From assembly GCA_965116875.1 (NCBI GenBank), contig OZ220733.1:4832001-4896000 (forward strand): a stretch of DNA of 64,000 bases, in the 5' to 3' direction. This stretch comes from Candidatus Latescibacterota bacterium (GTDB taxonomy: Bacteria; Latescibacterota; UBA2968; GCA-2709665). This document shows, piece by piece, positions 58,925 through 64,000 of this stretch; position 1 is the stretch's first letter; each line of letters opens with the position of its first letter. Made by a program: the position numbers and the translations under genes. The notes beneath the pieces are model-generated. The model had not been told where the DNA came from. It did not search any database and worked only from the letters and a program-made list of their open reading frames with translations.

Positions 58925-60343
58925 TCAGACTGCGGTAGCCCTTTCTTCTTCGACATTTTCGATGACGCGCATCGACTTCCACTTGCCGCTCCGGAACCGC
59001 AGCATGAAAATGAAACCGCCCGAGACAAGGTAGAGGCTGACGAAAATCCAGGCGACGTAGAGATCCCACCCGAATGTCACTACCGTCAGATAGGTTGGCA
59101 GAACCATGACAAACCAGCCGAGTGCTACCGACGTGAGCATGACGAACCGCGTATCGCCCGCACCCTTGACGCCTGCCGAAAAGACGATATATATCGCATC
59201 GAAAACACAATAGAACGCTACGAATCGCAGCAGGACAACCGACAATTCCCAAACCTGCTCGAAGGCCTCGGGATCGGCGCCTGAAATATACGGCCTCAGG
59301 AAGAGACCCGGCAGGAAAACATACCCTGCGGCCATCGCCAGCATATACGCCAGGCTGAGATGCACAGCGGACCACGTGCTGCGCTCCGCCAGATCAACCT
59401 TGTCCTTTCCGATATATTGACCGACGAGGGTTGAAACCGCGATGCCCAACCCCATCATCGGAAGGAAAGCGAGTGTATTGATGTTGAAGGTCACGCTGGT
59501 GGCCGCCAGAGCCGTCGTGCCAAGTTTCCCAACCAGTAGTATAAACATCGAGAAACCCAGAATCTCCAACATGAACTGAATTCCGTTCGGCAACCCGTAG
59601 CGCACCAGCCGACCCAGCAACTCCGCTTCGGGACGCCATCCGCTCAATGTGCGAAGGGTATCGCGGTACCTGGGACGAATCATCAGCGCAAAGAACACGA
59701 GGGGGATCAGGAGGTGCGATACCACCGTCGCCCACGCGGCGCCGCGAATGCCCCATTCCGGAAATCCCCAATGGCCGAATATCCACGCATAGTCCAGGAT
59801 GACATTCACCCCGCATGCAAGGAAATTCACCCACATGACCGTCTGAGTATCTCCGCGCCCGCTGAAGAAAGACGATACCGCCACCCCCGCAATGCCCGGC
59901 CCCATAAAGCACAGAATCCTGAAATACTCGGCCTCCAGCGCACGTATACGCGGCTCATGGCCGGCCCATTCAAAGAAGGTTTCCGAAAACGGCATCAGGC
60001 ATAGAATAATCACTCCCGATGCCAGACCGACATATATGCCCTGCCACACGGCCGGACCTACCCGATCCTTCCGGTCCGCACCCCAATACTGGGCGACAAA
60101 CGTGTTTACATAGGCAACCGTACCGATAAACAGACTGGTGAAGGTAAAGTGCAACATACCTGCGGGGAGACAGGCTGCAAGTACGTCCCGGCCGTACCAA
60201 CTCAGGAAGACCCGATCCACAAAGATCTGCAGGCTCCAGGAACCCGTGCTGAGAATCAGAGGCGCCGCCATCCGCAGCACCTCCCTGTAGCCTCCCGGTT
60301 CCTTCCACCGCGACATCATGCGCACCTCGTCGGTCAGGGACAC
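58925..60343 (-). CDS. MATE family efflux transporter
   Basis: About 12 TM helices, GRGDT..VM, GIRGAAWAT, GAGDT. Confidence 0.92.
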   Translation of the reverse strand: MSLTDEVRMMSRWKEPGGYREVLRMAAPLILSTGSWSLQIFVDRVFLSWYGRDVLAACLPAGMLHFTFTSLFIGTVAYVNTFVAQYWGADRKDRVGPAVWQGIYVGLASGVIILCLMPFSETFFEWAGHEPRIRALEAEYFRILCFMGPGIAGVAVSSFFSGRGDTQTVMWVNFLACGVNVILDYAWIFGHWGFPEWGIRGAAWATVVSHLLIPLVFFALMIRPRYRDTLRTLSGWRPEAELLGRLVRYGLPNGIQFMLEILGFSMFILLVGKLGTTALAATSVTFNINTLAFLPMMGLGIAVSTLVGQYIGKDKVDLAERSTWSAVHLSLAYMLAMAAGYVFLPGLFLRPYISGADPEAFEQVWELSVVLLRFVAFYCVFDAIYIVFSAGVKGAGDTRFVMLTSVALGWFVMVLPTYLTVVTFGWDLYVAWIFVSLYLVSGGFIFMLRFRSGKWKSMRVIENVEEERATAV

Positions 60344-60657
60344 CGGCTCGTATGATCATTCCCGGTGACGGCATCAGCCGGTCCCTGCGAGCCCTTGACC
60401 TTAGTGTCCTGGTGTCTCCCTGCAATCCGTCGTTTAATCGCGTTTGTCAACTTGCACATTTTCGCATGAACGGCCGCGGAAACATACGCATCCTGGGTAA
60501 CGTTGCGATGAAGCCGCAATCCCCGGCGTTTTCGGAAGGACGCGCTGAAGGGTTCGGCATCTGAGTCATTTTTCTCTTGTCCGGTGATTGCCACAACGGT
60601 AGATTCGCAGGCCGACCCGGAAGATCAAATGGACCCTTTCACGACCGGAGCCGGACC

Positions 60658-62031
<1,374 letters not shown>

Positions 62032-62054
62032 GCAAACACGACAGACGGGATTCG

Positions 62055-63422
62055 TCAATCGAATCGCCGATGCGCCGCACCGCCAAGTCGATGCACGAAG
62101 AAAACGGTAGGGGGCGCGAACAGGAGCGCGGTCCAGAACATCGGCCGGTACGAGATCCACGCCACCAGAAGACCGGCAATCACAGGTAGAAACCCTTGAG
62201 GCAGCGCGAACATGTTCAGAAAGCTCGTATACGTGGGACGGCGGTTTTCGGGCGCGAGTTCCAGCACGTATGCCATGCGTCCGTTAAACACCGCGCTGCT
62301 GGCGAAGCCCGAGAATACAAACGTCAGTGCGTAAAAGGCGACGCGCGGATTGAATGTCCAATCGATACCCCAGTTCGAGAGCGGGGCGACGGACAGAGAC
62401 GGGACGTACCTGGCCAGTAGCGGTACGGCGGCCGACACAGCCATCAGATACGAACCGAACACGAGCAGCGCGCGGTTTCCTTTCCGATGCCCGACGTGGG
62501 CCCAGAGCGCGTTTGACAGCACGGTACTGACCTGCATTACAGATACGAATACGCCGACGTAGACCAGCCCGAACCCCAGGTCGGCAATCGCGTATGGCAC
62601 GTAGAACGGCGACCCCATCATCATCAGAGACCAAAGTAGCTGCATCCCGCACAATCGACGGTAATCGGGATCGTTCTTCAGCAGGCGCAACCCGCTGTTC
62701 AGGTAGCTGGAGAGCGTCTGACGCAGATACCGCACCTGGCCCGCCGGTTCCCGAATTCTGCTGAATACGAAAACCGAAAGCGCGTTTCCCAGTCCGGCCA
62801 GCAGGAACAGCGCCGAATAGTTCGACGGGAATGGGATCCCGCTGCGTTCGCTGAGCACGAAAGTGATCACCCCGCCCGCCGCCATCGCCGTTACGCCGCC
62901 GCAAAGTCGCCGTACGGCGAAAAGACGCGACCGGTCTCGCGGCGGGACGACTTTCCCCACGATATCCATCCAGGGGACGTTCCATATACCCATCATGGAA
63001 GTGGAAATCGCGTACAGTACCAGAAAACAGCACAGAAAATAAAAGGGCTGACGACCTCCCATCAGGTACGTCAGCCCCGCGATTGCCAGCCAGACGGAAC
63101 TGCGCATTCCGCCAGCCAGAAGCAGAAAGGGCATTTTTCTTCTTCGGTTCTCGATAATTCTGGAAATAAAAATCTGAGGCCACGCCCATCCGATCCTCAT
63201 CAGCGCACCAACCAGCCCGACCGCGACGCTCGAGGCCGTCAGCGTTTGAACGAAAGCCGGCAGCACCATATCCGAGCTGGCCAGCGTCATCGACATGAAG
63301 ACGAGGCCGCCGTTCAGAATCAGCAGCCGCCGGTTGCGGCGGACTTCCGCCGGGTCCGGTTCGTCGGGATCGGCCGGATCGGCCGACGCCCGCCTCCAGT
63401 GCGCAGATGAGAATTCCCTCAT
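62055..63422 (-). CDS. MFS transporter
   Basis: About 12 TM helices, W.D.VGK.VP..R.RLF, ELAPENRRPTY. Confidence 0.85.
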   Translation of the reverse strand: MREFSSAHWRRASADPADPDEPDPAEVRRNRRLLILNGGLVFMSMTLASSDMVLPAFVQTLTASSVAVGLVGALMRIGWAWPQIFISRIIENRRRKMPFLLLAGGMRSSVWLAIAGLTYLMGGRQPFYFLCCFLVLYAISTSMMGIWNVPWMDIVGKVVPPRDRSRLFAVRRLCGGVTAMAAGGVITFVLSERSGIPFPSNYSALFLLAGLGNALSVFVFSRIREPAGQVRYLRQTLSSYLNSGLRLLKNDPDYRRLCGMQLLWSLMMMGSPFYVPYAIADLGFGLVYVGVFVSVMQVSTVLSNALWAHVGHRKGNRALLVFGSYLMAVSAAVPLLARYVPSLSVAPLSNWGIDWTFNPRVAFYALTFVFSGFASSAVFNGRMAYVLELAPENRRPTYTSFLNMFALPQGFLPVIAGLLVAWISYRPMFWTALLFAPPTVFFVHRLGGAAHRRFD

Positions 63423-63512
63423 GCCAAACGCTTCCGTCGGCTGACCTCGCAGGGCGCCTGACAGGGCCCCGGCTTCCGGGATTTCACCATCGTCGGGTCG
63501 CAGCGGGTGGTT

Positions 63513-64000
63513 TCAAATTCCAATCGCGTAGCCGTCCCGTCTGGGATCCGCACCGCCCATCAGCCCGCCGCTTTCCTGGTCTACGGCAATTCCCTGCGCC
63601 CCTCCCGTTACGTGGGAAAAAGCGTCGACAACGTCAATCTGATGCCCCCTGCGAATCAGGCCGGACCGGATTTCCGCCGGCACGCGGGATTCCATATAGA
63701 CACGCGTGCCGGCGTGCTGAAAGCGGAATCTTGGCGCTTCGATGGCGGCTTGAATGTTCATCCCGAAATCCAGAAAATTGGTGGTGAACTGGGTCGTCGT
63801 CTGCTGAATTCCCCAACTTCCCGGTGTGCCGAGCGCCGCCAGCAGCCGACCATCCTTGAAGATCTGGCACGGCGAAAGACACATATCGATTTTCTTGTGC
63901 GGCTCGATACAGTTTGGGCTGCCGGGCACCGTATCCGCCCATTTGATAAAATTGTTCAGAAACATACCCGACTCACCGATAATCTCGCCGGAGCCGAACC
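63513..64000 (-). CDS. ggt: Gamma-glutamyltransferase family protein (C-terminal part, truncated by the window edge)
   Basis: GMFLNN, LGTPGS, AAIEAPRF, GGADPRRDG. Confidence 0.88.
   Translation of the reverse strand, partial: FGSGEIIGESGMFLNNFIKWADTVPGSPNCIEPHKKIDMCLSPCQIFKDGRLLAALGTPGSWGIQQTTTQFTTNFLDFGMNIQAAIEAPRFRFQHAGTRVYMESRVPAEIRSGLIRRGHQIDVVDAFSHVTGGAQGIAVDQESGGLMGGADPRRDGYAIGI

Overview
A 64-kb bacterial chromosome window. It is GC-rich apart from a more AT-rich accessory stretch at about 1-6000. A cohesin + T9SS-type/FlgD C-terminal sorting-domain protein, TamAB and DUF2723 point to an FCB-superphylum diderm, possibly Latescibacterota-like (inference). The accessory left end holds orphan secreted/membrane proteins, a complete IS (TIRs, target duplication), a single-repeat VMO-I beta-prism protein and a MORN-like protein. 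It ends with an Rpn-family PD-(D/E)XK nuclease that has a strong internal SD and in-frame ATG (candidate RpnS antitoxin) and sits between two 153-bp REP-built direct repeats. The rest is catabolic clusters and housekeeping genes. The catabolic genes include TIM barrels, a GalB-like protein, amidohydrolases, twin ~830-aa CehA/McbA-type metallohydrolases, an active plus a catalytically dead CE7 esterase, and a transglutaminase-like protein. The housekeeping genes are tamAB, clpB, asd under a lysine riboswitch, mreBC, purN, galU, pcm, the hem/siroheme cluster, anmK, DUF2723-GT2, MATE, MFS and a partial ggt. Features not in the ORF track are two MITE families, an in-frame internally deleted purC fossil and a 58-aa membrane microprotein. 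No rRNA, tRNA or CRISPR array was seen. All assignments come from motif recognition by eye; no searches were run.
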